Below, one piece after another: positions 26,616 through 40,861 of a stretch of DNA of 64,000 nucleotides. How positions within the stretch are numbered: the stretch's first letter is position 1; each line of letters opens with the position of its first letter. This DNA comes from Lama guanicoe (taxonomy: Eukaryota): positions 939,079 through 1,003,078 of the forward strand of contig MU053352.1 of assembly GCA_013239625.1 (NCBI GenBank), in the 5' to 3' direction. Made by a program: the position numbers and the translations under genes. The notes below the pieces were generated by a model. It had not been told where the DNA came from. It searched no databases and saw only the letters and a list, made by a program, of their open reading frames with translations.

Positions 26616-27300
26616 AGAGCCTGCCGACCCGAGCGCGGCCGGGCGGGGGGAGGGAGAGCGGAGGCGGCGGCCAGGGGCGGGGCCGGGGGCGCCGTCACGA
26701 GCGCGCGCGGGTCCCTCTGCGGCCCGTGTGCCCGGCGCTGCCTGCGCCAGCCCGCTGTCGTCCCCGCCGGCGCGAAGCGGACAGCGCTGGGACCCCCCCC
26801 ACCCCGACCCTCTCCTGCGTCGCCTGCTCCCGGCTCCCGGCCCGGCCCTTGGAAGGCGCCCTGGAAGCACTTGTGGGGCGAGAGCCTGGCGAGTGGGCGA
26901 CGCGGAAGGCACAGCGCACTTCAGGCCACGATCCCTGCCTGCGCTCCAACCTGTGCCAGGCGCTGGGGGAACAATGATGAATGCGGAGCCCGCCGGCTCC
27001 CAGCGCAGCCCTGCCTGCCGGCCTTGCGCCTGTGCCCACCCCACACCCCGTCCGGGGTGAGTTCCCTCCCCGAAACCCAGGAAGCCGGGGATGGGGGAGC
27101 CCTCGGAAACCAAGAAATGCGCCCGAAGCACAGGCGCTCAGCCAGATGAAGCCAAAAGCTGAGGAGGACGCCCACCAGCCTCAACGGGAGACATTACCTG
27201 TCTATGGGTCCCTCCGCTGCGACCAGGCTCAGGGGTCTGAAGCCACCGCACCTCCACCTCCTGGGCCCGCCGGCCTCGGGTTCTTCCAGGACACTTCGCT
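26450..27300. promoter_or_regulatory. OSBP2 CpG-island promoter
   Basis: Very GC- and CpG-rich. GC boxes (GGGGCGGGGC near 26674) lie immediately upstream of the OSBP2 ATG. Confidence 0.9.
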
Positions 27301-27392
27301 GCAAGTGGCAACATAGTCCAGGCTATCTAAGGGAATAGAGAAAGCGTTTATATTGTAAGTGGAACGTTTTAGTACAAGGAGCACATCTAAAA

Positions 27393-27566
27393 GTGGAAGT
27401 TCTTAACTTGGAGCTCCTGGACGTCCCTGGGAATCTTGGCTGGCTGAAGCTTCTGCGATAGTCTGCAGAGTTTCACTGGTCTGTGTATTTTTCTAGGGAG
27501 AAGGTCCCTAGTTTTCATAGGATTCCCAAAGGAGTCTGCGATCCCAGAAAGGTTAAACAGCACTGA
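27393..27566. mobile_element. MER103-like hAT DNA transposon (a second fragment at about 28950-29077)
   Basis: gttcttaacttggag...tttcataggattcccaaaggagtctgcgatcccagaaaggttaaacagcactg. Confidence 0.55.
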
Positions 27567-28139
27567 TTTTAAACAATCTGTCCTAAAGGGAAAGGTCAAT
27601 GGTTACTACAAATAAAGGGAAACACAGGTTGAAAGGTTGGGTAGTGGGCGTCTGCCCAGACCCCTCCAGCTCTAGACCTCGGTGCAGGCTCCTCTCTGCT
27701 CATCCTTACTTTCCCCTTACCCACTGTCTATCCCTTATCCTGCTTGTGACAAAACCACCTGTGCAGGAGAAGCCCCCTATGTGAAGTGATGGCAGGTGCT
27801 GACAGACTGGAAGGTCCTAGAAACAAGGAGGTGCAGACACTCCCCTAAGCAGAAGTTCCATATCTTTGCTGGTGCCTCTGGGACCCCTTCCTGGGGCACC
27901 TGCTCCTGAATGGTGGTCTTACCTGGAGAGTTTTGTGAGCTCTGGAGTGCAGAGGCCTACCCATCAAGGTATATCCCATAAATACAAAAGAGGGTCCTCA
28001 AATTTCAGTATCAAGGAAAAGTGATTGCCTTGGTGACAGTGGGTAGACAAGTGGCACCTGGGGAATGCAGTGGCAGTCTTGCTTTTCATTTATTCCCATT
28101 TGAACATTTCAAATGTCTTAACTCTGTGTCTGTTTCACC

Positions 28140-28320
28140 TATTCAAAAAATTCTTTCAAGCCACCCCAGGGAAGCTTAGAAATGCAGTTTTCCATCTCCA
28201 TCTCCCTGGAATTCTGAGTCAGTAGGTCTGAGATGGAATCCAGGAGCACGCATTTTAATGAGCTCCCCAGCAGTTTCTGATGTGGGTGGATCATGGACCA
28301 CACTTTGATGGACAGTGATG
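28140..28320. mobile_element. MER5-like DNA transposon
   Basis: ttctgagtcagtaggtctg...gcattttaatgagctcccca...ggaccacactttga. Confidence 0.7.
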
Positions 28321-29379
28321 TGGAGGGAAAATTGTGGGCTTTGAGAGTCAGATCCATTAAGGAAATCTCAGCCCAGCCACTCCCTAGCTGTGGGACCTTT
28401 AGCCACCTCACTGAGCTTCCTCTTACTCATCGGTAAAACAAGGATAAAATCCCTACCTCACAGGTTGAGAGTAATAAATCATATAAATAAAGCTCATTTG
28501 GCATAGTAGGTGCTCAATAAATGTTCTCTAGTTATTCAACTAGAGGGTGTTCTGTGAAATGTTGGGTGAAATGAATTAAACAGAGGCCAGAGCAGTTTGA
28601 TCAACACCATGTTTTTCATGCCTTTGAATTTAAGCATTTGGGGTGGGGAACGCAAGCTCCATTTCACCACAGATCCCACTGCTGCCTAGTGTCCAAAAGC
28701 CAAGAGCACCTACCTCTCTGGCCCCTGAAGACATACGAGTTGTGTGATTACCCCAGGGGGTTAGAACATAGGTTCCTTCAAAATGTTTAACTGGTTTCTA
28801 AAACGTTGAAATTGTAACGCATGCACTATTCAGAACTGAAGTATATGGTGTATACAACGAAAGGAGAACTCCCCTCTTCTTCCTCTCTGGGGCTGGTGAG
28901 TTAATAGCTTCTACGCATCTGTCCAGAAATGATCTAAGAGCACAGGTCCTTAAGATGAAGTTTACGGTCTTCATAAACTATGTGTAAATTTTAAGCGTCA
29001 GTGCCGATATGTGTGTTCTGTAGGTTTCATCATAATCTTAGAGGGGTCCATGATCCCCCCACATTAAGAACCACTGACATGGAGACTTTTACCTCAGGGT
29101 ATCTGACAAGCACCCATGGGTGCCTCCCATCTTGAGACCCAAAGAGATCCCACTGAAATAAAAGTATTAAAAATCTGAAAAGTACCAAACAGCAAAGAGA
29201 ACTAGAAAGAAGTCTTTATTCAAGAAGTGTTCATTGAGTTCGTATCTTATGCCAAGTCTTCTTCTAGGCCCTGATGATAGAGCAGTGAAAGAAATCTGAC
29301 AAAAACTCTTGCTTTCCTGAGGCTTACCTTTTAGTAAGATACAGAAATAAACCAAATAAATCATTTAGAAAGTGACAGA

Positions 29380-29885
29380 TGCCGATGACTGGATAAAGAA
29401 GTTCTGGTATACATATACAATGGAATACTACTCAGCCATAAAAAAGAATAAAATAATGCCATTTGCAGCAACATGGATGGACCTGGAGATCATCATTCTA
29501 AGTGAAGTGAGAAAGAGAAAGAAAAATACCATATGATACTGCTTATATGTGGAATCTAAAAAAAAGACATAAATGAACTTATTTGCAAAACAGAAACAGA
29601 CTCACAGACATAGAGAACAAACTTAGGATTATCAGGGTTAAAGGGGTAGGAAGGAGTAAATTGGGAGTTTGAAATTTGCAGATGCTAACTACTATATATA
29701 AAATAGATAAACAACAAGTTTATAATATATAGCACAGGGAACTATAGTCAGTATCTTGCAGTAACCTATAATGAAAAGGAATATGAAAATGAATATATGT
29801 ATGTATATATATAACTGAGTCACTATGCTGTACACCAGAAATTAACATAACATTGCAAACGGACTATACTTCAATTAAAAAATTG
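29380..29885 (+). mobile_element. 5'-truncated LINE-1 3' end
   Basis: caatggaatactactcagccataaaaaag...gcagcaacatggatggacctggag (ORF2 end), followed by 3' UTR and an A tail. Confidence 0.9.
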
Positions 29886-31519
29886 TTTTAAGTCTACAGG
29901 TTATGGCAGAGGGTGGAAAGAACTAAAATGGGGGGGGGGTTATTCCTCAAACTGGTTAGTGAGCCCATGAGTGTCTTGCATTATTTGTATGCTGTACACA
30001 TCTTTTACAGTATCTTTTTGTATCTACTCAGCATATAACACAAACTCGCATCAGGAGCAGGGATGGGGCAGATAAGTTTGCAAAGTGCAGGTAACATCTC
30101 TCCCAGGCAGAAAACAGTATGTCTCTTCTCTAAAGAAACTGAATTAAATATCTGAGGTCAGCAAGGGCTTGCAGAGTGGATGTTGGCACCACAGAGTAGA
30201 GCCCGCCTGACTCTGCTATTTATGATTCTGCCCGACACAGAGCTTCCAGCCAGATATCCTCATTCAGCAAAGGGATCAGAGGGAGGACAGACCCAATTGC
30301 GTAACAGCAGAGGAAACCTACACCGACTGGTTTCACAAGGCAGGCGCTTGCTAAGGGACGCAGAGTAGAGCCAGAAAGCAGCCGACCTGGGGTTTGAACT
30401 GGGGCCTTCCTTCCAGATTTGTGCTCTTAGCTACGTGCTGCCCTGCCTCCCGCTTAGCTTGTGCATCTCTTGTCCTGGGTAAAATGAGACACAGGCCCGC
30501 ATCTACTTTTGTATCTGTGGCCACAGACTGACCTGGATGTCTCTGGCTTTGCTCTGAGCAGGAGTTGCTCCCATGCACTCGGCAGATATTTACGGAGCAT
30601 TACACTTGCAGAGGTCTGAGCCACATCTCAGGCTCGGAGAATGGAAGGAAGTGCAGAGATCAGCCAGCAGCAGCCCCTCCCCACATAGCTGCATGTGGGA
30701 GAGCTGAAGCCCAGGGAAAGGTTACTGGGGGAGGCAGGGGAGTCCAAGTCCAAGGTCTGCTCCCGGCTCTGCCCCCTCAGCCCTCGGAGTCCTGCAGTTC
30801 CCACGTCGGCAGCTGGGCCAGGCTCGGCACTGTACTCCCCGAGCAACACGTCCCACTTCCACAAGAGGGTGGTCTGGGATGCATCAGTCCTCTTGCTTGT
30901 GCTGGGGGTCCCCAGGAATTAAATGCCTGGGCCTCCCTCCCAGACCCGACACACAGGAACATGCCCTCCAGCAGATCCCGCCTGAGCGCACGAGCATCTG
31001 CTGACCCCTCGTGGTCACTGTGGGATCTGTCCTGGCCCAGCAGCTGGGGCCTTCGTTGCACCTCTAGGACATTCAGCCCTGGTGACTTCACTTCTCAGAG
31101 CACTTTCCTACTACTCACCTCGTGAGGTCCTCCCTACAATCCCAAGAGGTGAGGAGAGCCAGGATTCTCACTCTCACTTGACAAGTGAGCGGCAGGGCCC
31201 TGGGACCCAGTCCCAAATGCACCACTAATTCCTCATCTGACCTTAGCAAGTCAGTTCCCCACTCTGCCTCTGTTACCTGTTGGTGAAATAGAAGTGACCT
31301 GCACAAGGCAACTCTTGAGATTTTCCCAGCTCCCCCAACTCTCAGAGCTGAGAGGTGACTTGTCCAAAGTCAGAGAGAATCAGGGCAGAGGCACTCCCAG
31401 TCAGCAGGTCACCCCACGTCCCCATGCTGATTGGGAAAAGTGAGAGGTGTCACAGAAAACAAGAAAACCAGTTCTTCCACCTCTGTGTTCCGATTGTGTG
31501 CTGCAGTGCCACCCAGACA

Positions 31520-31585
31520 GGTGGGTGGGTGGGTGAGGGTGGGTGGGCAGGTAGATGGGTGAATGGGTGGATGGGTGGATGGGGC
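31520..31585 (+). repeat. (GGGT/GGAT)n simple repeat
   Basis: gggtgggtgggtgagggtgggtggg...gggtggatgggtggatgggg. Confidence 0.85.
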
Positions 31586-32899
31586 AGATGTGTAAGAACT
31601 CTGGGATCGCTCATAGCTGCAACTGTAGCAGCTACCTGCCTCCCCCATTCCGACAAGCCACCCCTATGACTCTAGCAGCCTAGCCCCTTGGCAGGCTGCT
31701 CCACCTGCTGGGGTTGCGAAGCCACTGCCCCTGCCTGACAGCCAGGAGCTGGGACCTGCCGTGAGGGAAAGCATCCAAGACTTCCTCTCTGCCATGTCAC
31801 TGGCCACCATGGTCAACAGTGGCGGCTGCAAGGAAACTCGGGGACCAGGGCCACATATGGGCATCCCTCACAAGGCAGTTCCTGTGGCCACCAATGGCTG
31901 ATACTGAGGGTGGTACGCACAACAAAGCTGAGACCACCAGGATGGCTGGATGACGTGGAAAGAGCACACCTCGTGTATCTCACACCATGGCTCAAACTGA
32001 GGGACTCTGAGCACGTTCCTTAGCCTCTCGTGCCTTGGTTTCCTCACCTTAAAGGTGGGCGTGATACCTGGAGAGTACTGCTGTGAGGCCTGAGTGAGGT
32101 CTGATGTAACATGCCTTGCATGTAACAGGTGTTTGGTAAACAGAAGTGCCCCTCTTTTGTTCCAGGTCATGAAGAGATTCTGGAGAGGGAAGGAGTGAGG
32201 CCCCCTGTGTACGCAGCAAGCTTTCTAAACCAGGAGGGGTTTCTAAGTACCCTGAGTAGTGATGTGCATGTGGTGTGACAGGGGTGGAGGGAAGGAGATG
32301 TATCTTCAGCAAGAATGGAAGGTTTGCTCAAACACACCTCATCTCATTAAGAGCATCATCACCTGTCTCCTGCCATCAGCACAGTTTTTCAGACACAAAG
32401 GATATTCCACAAAGACTTTCTGAGGACGAACTGAAAACATCTTTTCACAGCTAAAGGGCAATGGTCAGGAAATGGTCCTGTGTTCTGTTCTCCTGCCTCC
32501 GGGTGGGCATCTGCCTCATCCACCTCCCACTAATGCAGCCGACCTCTATCCATCCCAGGATGGGTGACAGGTTCTCCTGAGCCACCGGGTAGAAGGGGGA
32601 CCTGGATTTCAGTCCAGCTGCTATAACGGCTAACCTCAGGTAACTGACGTAACAGCAGAGGCTCCCACACCACCATCTGTGACGTCATGCTCCAGGGGCT
32701 CCAGGTCCTGGGCCTCCACTTCCAACTTGAGTGATCCAGACTGGGGGCTTCTCACGTGGCACTCAAGAGATGGTCCTCAGAGTGAGACAGACTTAAGGGG
32801 GGCTCTTGCCACTTACTAGCTCCCCAACCTTAGGCGGGATTCTTGCTCTCTGAGCCTGTTTCTCATCTGTAATACAGGGCTAATAAAATTACCTACTTT

Positions 32900-33201
32900 G
32901 CAGGTGGGGTTTAGCTCAGTGGTAGAACATGCACTTAGCATGTGAGAGGTCCTGGGTTTAATCCCCAGTACTTCCCCCCCAAAAAAAAGAAATGAAAAAA
33001 CATTTAAAAATGAAGGACTTCAAGGAAATTACCTAACCTCTCAGGGCCTCCTAAGGGTATAGCTCAGTAGTAGAGTTAGCATGCACGAGGTCCTGGATTC
33101 AATCCCCAGTGACTCCATTGAAAAACCAAATAAATAAGTAAATAAATAAACCTAAATTACCTCCCCACTGTGAAAAAAAAAGTAAAAAAAAAAACTTTAA
33201 A
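32900..33201 (+). mobile_element. Two tandem tRNA-derived SINE monomers inserted in a MIR, enclosed by one TSD
   Basis: Heads at about 32903 and 33055, each with A/B boxes and an A-tail. TSD aaaattacctactt at 32885-32898 and 33202-33215. Confidence 0.85.
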
Positions 33202-35687
33202 AAAATTACCTACTTGGTTGTTTGGAGAATTCAATGAATTATGTTTCAAAAGAGCTGAGCCTTGTGCCTGGCATCTGAGCGCTCAGTAAATGTGAATGTG
33301 TCAATGGTTTTAATGACTGGAATGGGCTTCCATGTGAGACTTCATTTGAACTAAGAGTTCTGTGTGTCTGTGTGTCCACCGGACTAAAGAATCCCTGAGG
33401 CCCTCCTTAGCTTCAAGATTCTATTTCTCGAATAATATCTTCCCATCCAATACTCCCACATTCTTCCCTCTCTGATTTTTCCTTCTTTTCAACTACAAAC
33501 AATTAGGCAGCCTCTCTAGGATTTCATCACTTCTTGTTCCCTACTTACATGCACCATTCTCTGGTTGGGAAAATGGGAAGACTAAGTCCACACAATCTGA
33601 GATGAGTTAGTGGCTTATAAAGTGACTTAATTAGTTTGACATCCCAACTCCCTCACCCAACCCCCTTCCCAAGGGTCGCCCAGTCCGTTGGACCACAGGA
33701 CAAGGATGCAAAGACCCTCTGCCAAGGCCAACCATCCAGGGAGAAGGGGGCATGTGGCCGGGGGCCAGACTGGGGTGAGGCTCGGAGAGGCTGCATTAGG
33801 AGAGACGTAGCAGGTGGGGAGTTCTCAGGGACAATATGAGAAAAGAGGGGCTGGGGCTGCTCTGCTGGTCCTCTGAAGATGCCAGGATCCCTAAAGCCTT
33901 CCTTTCCCCCTTTTAGGTACAGTGCCAAGGAAAAAGACTGCTGGCAACATGAAACAAATACACAAAATAAAGAAACACACCAAAGCCCTAGCAGCGGTGG
34001 ATCCAACAGAAGAATTTCTGTTTTCGTTTTTGGCAAACATGATGCTGCTGCTGTGTAATAAAATTTAAATACTTGAAACCAATTATTACCATCGGTTGTG
34101 CTCAGCCAAGAAAACAGACAAGAACCCGTTTTGGCCCCCACTGAAAAGCAGCAGGTTCTCAAAGGAAGACCATTAAGAGGGAAAAGGGAGCATCACGAAC
34201 ATCCAGCTCCCACCCCTGCCCATGGACTCCCTGGTCCCCTTGGGATGGGGGCTCGCTGAGGTCCCCCTGGAAGGAAAGCCTGCTGAATGTCTCGGCAGCA
34301 ATGCCCAAAGGGTACGATGAGGGTGAGGACGAACCCACCGAAAGCCACCAAGAGGGCTGAGGTCATTACCTGGCAGCTGCGGTGATGCAGAATGACCACT
34401 CCATGCAGGCAACAAACCTGCTTCTAGTTCTCTGCCACTAACTTGTTGCATGACCTTGAGCAAGTCAGGACACCTCTCTGAGCCTCAGTTTCCTCATCTG
34501 TAAAATGAGGAGACTTAGTTAACTTAAAAAAATATGTACCAGGCCCTTACTGAGGGCACTGTGCTGAAGTTGTGAGTAATACGAAAAGGAATGAGTCATT
34601 TATTCAAAAACCATCAAGTGACAACTCCAGTTACTACGCACTGTGGTTACAGAGATGAACAAGTCAGCTTCCCTGCCCCCGAGACTTTCACAACGCGGTC
34701 AGGGAGACAGTGAACAAATAAGAAATGGCCAACTATATGCTCGGTGCGGACAGACATGTAAGCAGAGGAAGGAAGGCCTTTTCCACTGGGGCCACGGTGG
34801 GGGAAGTGGCGAAGAGGCTTGAACTGGATCTTGGGGGATCCTTGGCCCCTGCTCTCACAGACTGGACAGTGTAATCACTGGTTGGGACAAACACCCAAAC
34901 ATCTACCACAGGAGGCAGAGTGAAGCCACCACAGGTAAGCCAGGTTCAGAGGGGAGGGGAAACCCACATGGCTTAGGCAGGGGGGGTAGAGGGACCGGCA
35001 GGAAGCAGGTCAGAGAAGCTCTGAGGGGGAGGAATGGCATTGAGATGAGCCTTGAAGGATGAGAAGAGCTTCCTGAGAGCCTTGGGGGGCTGAAGAGGTA
35101 TTCTAGGTGCGGGGCATGTGCAAGTAAAGGTAAAATGTGGGGGCTGTTGGGGTGTAGTGGGGACAGCAGGCAGGCCGGGGGTGGGGGCTGGTGAGGCTGG
35201 ACACTAACTGTAGGCATCGAGATGACAGTCATTGAAAATGACAGGCCCTGGACCAAGCCCTCCACACCCTCAGGCCAGCTGTTGGGGGTAGGTGCCCTCA
35301 TTACTACCTGGTTCATTCAGATAAGAAGACAGAGGCTCAGAGAGGTTACAAAGTCACACAGCTGATGGATGGCAGAAATAGCCCTTAACCCATCTGCCTG
35401 ATGCCCCACCCTGACTCCTTCCCACTGGAATGCCAGGCGGGGGCATCACCGAGCCCTTCCCACCTAAGGTACCGATGTCCCAGCGCACCTGGCCTGGCCC
35501 TGACTCAGACATGTGGGTACCAAAGGTCAGCCTCTGCCTCAACCTTAGAAGCCAGCCTGATTCAGCCCTTTCCAGTTGGGCAGCTACAGGACTATCAGGA
35601 CAGCCTTTACCAGCGAAGGGGATGGGCCGGGACAAGAAATATTAGAAGTGCTGAGGGGTTTTGTGCTCCACTGTCCACTGGTCTCAG

Positions 35688-35693
35688 TTTATT
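35688..35693 (-). terminator. Polyadenylation signal (AATAAA) of the C5orf52-like gene
   Basis: tttatt on the plus strand, about 93 nt downstream of the stop codon. Confidence 0.7.
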
Positions 35694-35785
35694 GTTGTTT
35701 CACATCAGCATGGACTGACCGGTTTCTAGCTCTTCTCCCATCAGACAAGTGTCATCACGGCCCCGGGGCAGCTCATCCACCTTGA

Positions 35786-36019
<234 letters not shown>

Positions 36020-36588
36020 CTATTTCACAGGAAGAGAGGCCTGGGTGCCGGCTTGACCTAATATTCCATAAATAACTTGGCTCACGGGGAGCCTCACTTC
36101 CCTACTTGTCAACCGTGGGCACTGAGCTGGATAACGGCTGCAGTATCTTGTGACAGTCTGCTGCCTACGAGCCTGGTTTTGACCTTAACATCTCTGTCTG
36201 AAGACTGGCTGGGAGGAGGAGGGGGCAGTGGGGGAAGAGAAAGGGTGCCTCTTGTCCACCCCCTTCCTTAACTCCCATTTCCCCATCCCCACTGCCCATC
36301 TGGTGCTGTGGGAGTATTGTCGGGGACATCCCCTACGTCACACTGAGCTCTACTCATTTCTTCTAGGATATCACCTCTGTCCTGTCCCAAGCAGGACTGC
36401 AGCCTTTGTGAAAGCACATCCTTCATCTTACTCATTCATTCACTTACTCCAATGAGCTAGTTGTGGAGACAATACTACAAAAAATCAGCCACAGGTCTTC
36501 ACAGCAACTACAATGTAGTCGGGAAGGTGGGACGCATGTGCAAATATTCCTAAGCAAGGCATGGAGTGATTCTCCCTTTCCTATGCAT

Positions 36589-36821
36589 CAGGGTCTCTCA
36601 ACCTCGGCACCACTGATGTATGGGGTGGGACCATTCTTCCTGAGAAGGTGGCGGGGCGGGGCAGGGGGGGCGGCACATGGTAGGATGTTTAGCAGCATCG
36701 CATCCCTGGCCTCCACCTACTGGATGCCAACCACACCACCCCACTCTCACTTGTGCCACCAGAACTGTCTCCAGACACGCCCAAGTCCCTAAGGGCAAAG
36801 CCGCACAGGGTGAGAACTGTG
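36589..36821 (-). mobile_element. MER20 (hAT-Charlie) DNA transposon in intron 2 of the C5orf52-like gene
   Basis: cagggtctctcaacctcggcac...gtaggatgtttagcagcatc..cctggcctc...tgtctccagaca matches the recalled reverse MER20 consensus. Confidence 0.85.
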
Positions 36822-38670
36822 GCATAGATGAAGGGGTACCAGCCATCATCACTGTCCTCAGACTGCTGCTCAGAGGGTTCCCAAGACGCTAGATCTTAGC
36901 TGCCCTCCTTGAGGCTCTGAGACATCAGTGGCTGGCCAAAGCTGCCTCTTCACCTAATGGGAGCACTTTTAGGGGGAGAGAGAAACATTGCCATATTGCC
37001 ACTCAGGCCTCTCCAATCCACTGAGTTCCTACAAGCTGGGCCCTCAGCAAGACACAGTCTACAAACACAGAGAAGGCAGTCCCTGTCCCAAGGGAGAACG
37101 TCCCGCACCATGATCAGTCAGTCCCCGGTTTGCAACTCCAAGTGACGCACAGTACGACCTTAGTGAAATGACTCCATCTCTCTGAGCCTTGGTTTCCTGA
37201 ACTATTAAATGGGGTAATAACACTTAATGCACCTTGTGTACCTAAAACATGGAAAGGCTCAATACAGCTTTAAAGGTGACCTTCTGGATGGCTGGTGGAC
37301 AGCACATACCAAGCCAACTCAGCAAAGTTTCCAGTTATAGCTTAGAGATCTTCACCCCACTCACCAAAGGTACAATATCCCCAAACCTTCTGGTCATAGG
37401 GGTTGGCCCCCAACCCATCCTGGTCCCATTAGTCTCCCACACTACCTGACCACAGTGACTGGGGCATGGATGGACCAACTAGGGCCAGCTGGTGTCCTTC
37501 TCCGGGATTTATCTAACTCGAGCAACAGTGGGAGCTCTCCGCTTCCTTTCCGGGCTACAGCCCAGGGTTTCCTAAGGCCAAGCTCCCCAGGGACAGCCAG
37601 TCTGATGATGACAACCACGTGCAGAAAGCAGCAGAAGAGGAGCTGAGAGGGAGACCCGAAGACACATCCAGTGGCACTGGAGCCCCTGCCATCTCTCACC
37701 CCTGACACTGGTGACCCTGCCCTACCCACCCTCCATCATGTAAACTCATCACTCTCCATTTTGCTTGAACTAGTTCAAGTTCAGTTTGTGTCACCTGCAA
37801 CTGAGAAACTTCTAACAGATTTTACACATGAGAGGAACAGAGTTCTGGAGGAAAAGTGCTTCCCCAAGTTCACATATAGCTGGCCTGCCCACAGCCAAGT
37901 CCACCCTATTTCCACTACTCCACACCACTGGAAGTTTACTGGAGAGAGAAGCACCCAGGCCTCTACCCTTCTTTCAGTCTTTGCAACCATTAAGAGGACA
38001 TGGCACTGTCTCTCACACCTTTCCCACTGTGCTCAACATCAGAATCCCATGGGCCCATCCAGATTTGGTCCTAGAACATGGAGGGTAGCTCAACAGAGTC
38101 AAGAGGGGACGGCTGCTCAACTCTGGACTGTCTACTCTGCTTGAAGAAACGAGCACATTCTCAGAGTCCATCCTGCTCACTAGCCTCTGCCTTGGTGCCC
38201 CAAACAATGCCTGTCCCAGCAGGCCTGAAAGGTCCATTTAGTGGATCAATCAGTTGGGGTCTATGGGGTGATGATGCTGTGGTTTCCCTCTTCTTCTGAG
38301 GGCTTTGGGTAAACAAGTCAAACCCTTCTTGTCCATAAGCAGGAAGTAGAATTGCCTCAGTTCTCATGTGGAAAGTGGGGGATAATCCCTGAAGGAAAAA
38401 AAGGACCAAATTATGTTGATGCCACTCCAAGCTCTGGGACCCAACAGATAGCAGGAATCTACTCTGGGCTTCCCTGAATAGAAGGGTAATGTGCTTTGAG
38501 GGAGGAAAAAAAAAATGCCACAAGAGCTAAGAGACATGAAATCCTCCTTGGCTCCCTCAGCCCATGGACAGCTGTGACACCTTGGGCCAATCAGTAATCC
38601 CAAGTCTCAACTACCCCCTCTGTCAAATGGGCTTGTATCAGAGCACCTTAATGACTGCCTACCACCTCTA

Positions 38671-39048
<378 letters not shown>

Positions 39049-39964
39049 TTAAGAGAAAAAAAATCATCCTGAGAAGGATGTAGAAAGGCCAGAGTAACCT
39101 ATTAGAGGAGTGTCAACAGGGACTCCACAGGAGCAGTCATCATATGGAAATGCAGAATGAAATGGTAGGTGAGGGTCTGAGAGGAAAGAAGCAAAGTCTG
39201 AGGGAGGAATTTGATGAATTTGATGGGAGTTGAGGTCGAGGAGAGGGCACTGCTTGAGCCTAGGACTGGCCGGATCTGGGATTTGGATCTGGGCAGGGGA
39301 GGTCAGAGGAAGCTGGAAAAAAGAGAATAAACAGTTTGGACAGAGTTAAGTTGGGTAATAGAGTAATCCTAAGAGAAAAGGGTTTGGAAAAATCTAGAAA
39401 AGTAAGGAAGTTTGGGGAGGACAGAGACGTGAAGAGACTCGGGAGGGTGAGAGACAGGATGGAAATGGAGCCAGGTGCTCCAGATGAAACTAGAGATGAC
39501 AATTTGGTCAAAATTGGATACCAGCCATGGAGTTTTCACTTTTTGATAATTTGGTTACACCGTGAAGTGATTTTACAACTACATATCTTTAAATATTTTT
39601 GCCCATTTAAAAATAATTGCTCATAATATTTCCTTTCAAAAATTTGGAAACTATCTAAACGTACCATAGGGATTTGACAGGACAAAACATAGGACAATTT
39701 TTAAAGAATAAAATATTTTGAAGGATTAAAATTTTTTTTTCCTAATTCATTTTTAGAAGGTTTGGAACTGTGGTTTTATGAAATGTCTTTACATTTACAA
39801 ATTAGTAGTTCAATGCCCTTTATCACCCATTTACATTTTTTCTGACAGCAAAGACATGAGCTGATGGAAAAGGCTAGTTTGGAGATCAAGATGCTCACCT
39901 ACAAAAGTCCCCCAAATCCTGTCAGAAAAAAAAAAAAGCCCTAAATACTCAAAGATACATGAAA

Positions 39965-40197
39965 CAGAATAGATAAACAAGATTGTACTGTGTAGCACAG
40001 GGAAATATATACAGGATCTTGTGGTGGCTCACAGCGAAAGAGAATGTGGCAATGAATGTATGTATGTTCATGTATAACTGAAAAACTGCTCTACACTGGA
40101 ATTTGACACAACATTGTAAAATGACCATAACTCATTAAAAAATGTTAAAAATAAAATAAAATAAAATAACACTTTTGTCTATTGGGGGAAAAATAAA
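39965..40197 (+). mobile_element. Short young L1 3' UTR insertion in intron 1 of the C5orf52-like gene
   Basis: Similar to 20840-21028. Exact 14-bp TSD aaagatacatgaaa at 39951-39964 and 40198-40211. Confidence 0.88.
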
Positions 40198-40861
40198 AAA
40201 GATACATGAAATACTATTCACCCATTCAGTAGTGCACCAAACGTATCAATACTTCCTGGGAAGGTGAGGGGAAAGGCAGTGACTGGAAATATTCCCTTTC
40301 AAGTGATAACTAATAATCATTTTGAACCAAACTGCTTTCCAAAGCAAGCATCTGTGGCAGCCTGGAGGATGCTCTGAGGGGCGGTGTGAAACGGGAGAGG
40401 AAGGGTAACTGGGGTCTGTGAGGACTGGGGCCGGCCTGAGGGTGCCGGGGGCTTTCCCGGGGCCACCGGGGAAAGTAGCGGCTGAGGAGGGGAGTGGCAG
40501 GGCTGCGGGCACCTGGGCCTCACCAGGCTCTAAGGGAGTTCGCGGCTCGGCCCAGAAGGGACCCTCGGGGTACAGGACGTCAAGCCTGGGAGACCGAAGG
40601 GCCGGGGCGATTCGGAGGAGGTGTGGGTTGGAGGTGGGAGTTCTGGCCTCTCCCCGGCGTCTGGGCTGCGGGCGTTCAGGCTCCCGGTACCCCGGGGGTG
40701 CGATGAGCTTAGCAGGGAAATCCAAACTCTCCGGGGTTCCAAGAACAGGTCGGGCTCCGAGGGGCCCGAGGCTCTGGGAGGGCCAGGGCCAAGGTCCCAG
40801 CGGCCGGCTGAGGGAGCGGGGGTCTGAGGGAGTTCGGCTGCCCTAGGGCCCCGGGCCGCAC

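Noticed and set aside
26616..27131. 172-codon in-frame extension upstream of the OSBP2 ATG (421-aa ORF)
   Set aside because: It starts at GTG, has no Met, and spans the GC-box promoter. Long open frames are expected in CpG islands because stop codons are scarce there.
30565..31125. 186-aa ORF, overlapping ORFs and an 8-bp hairpin (30969-31003)
   Set aside because: No homology recognised. GC-rich chance ORFs, and the stem length is within random expectation.
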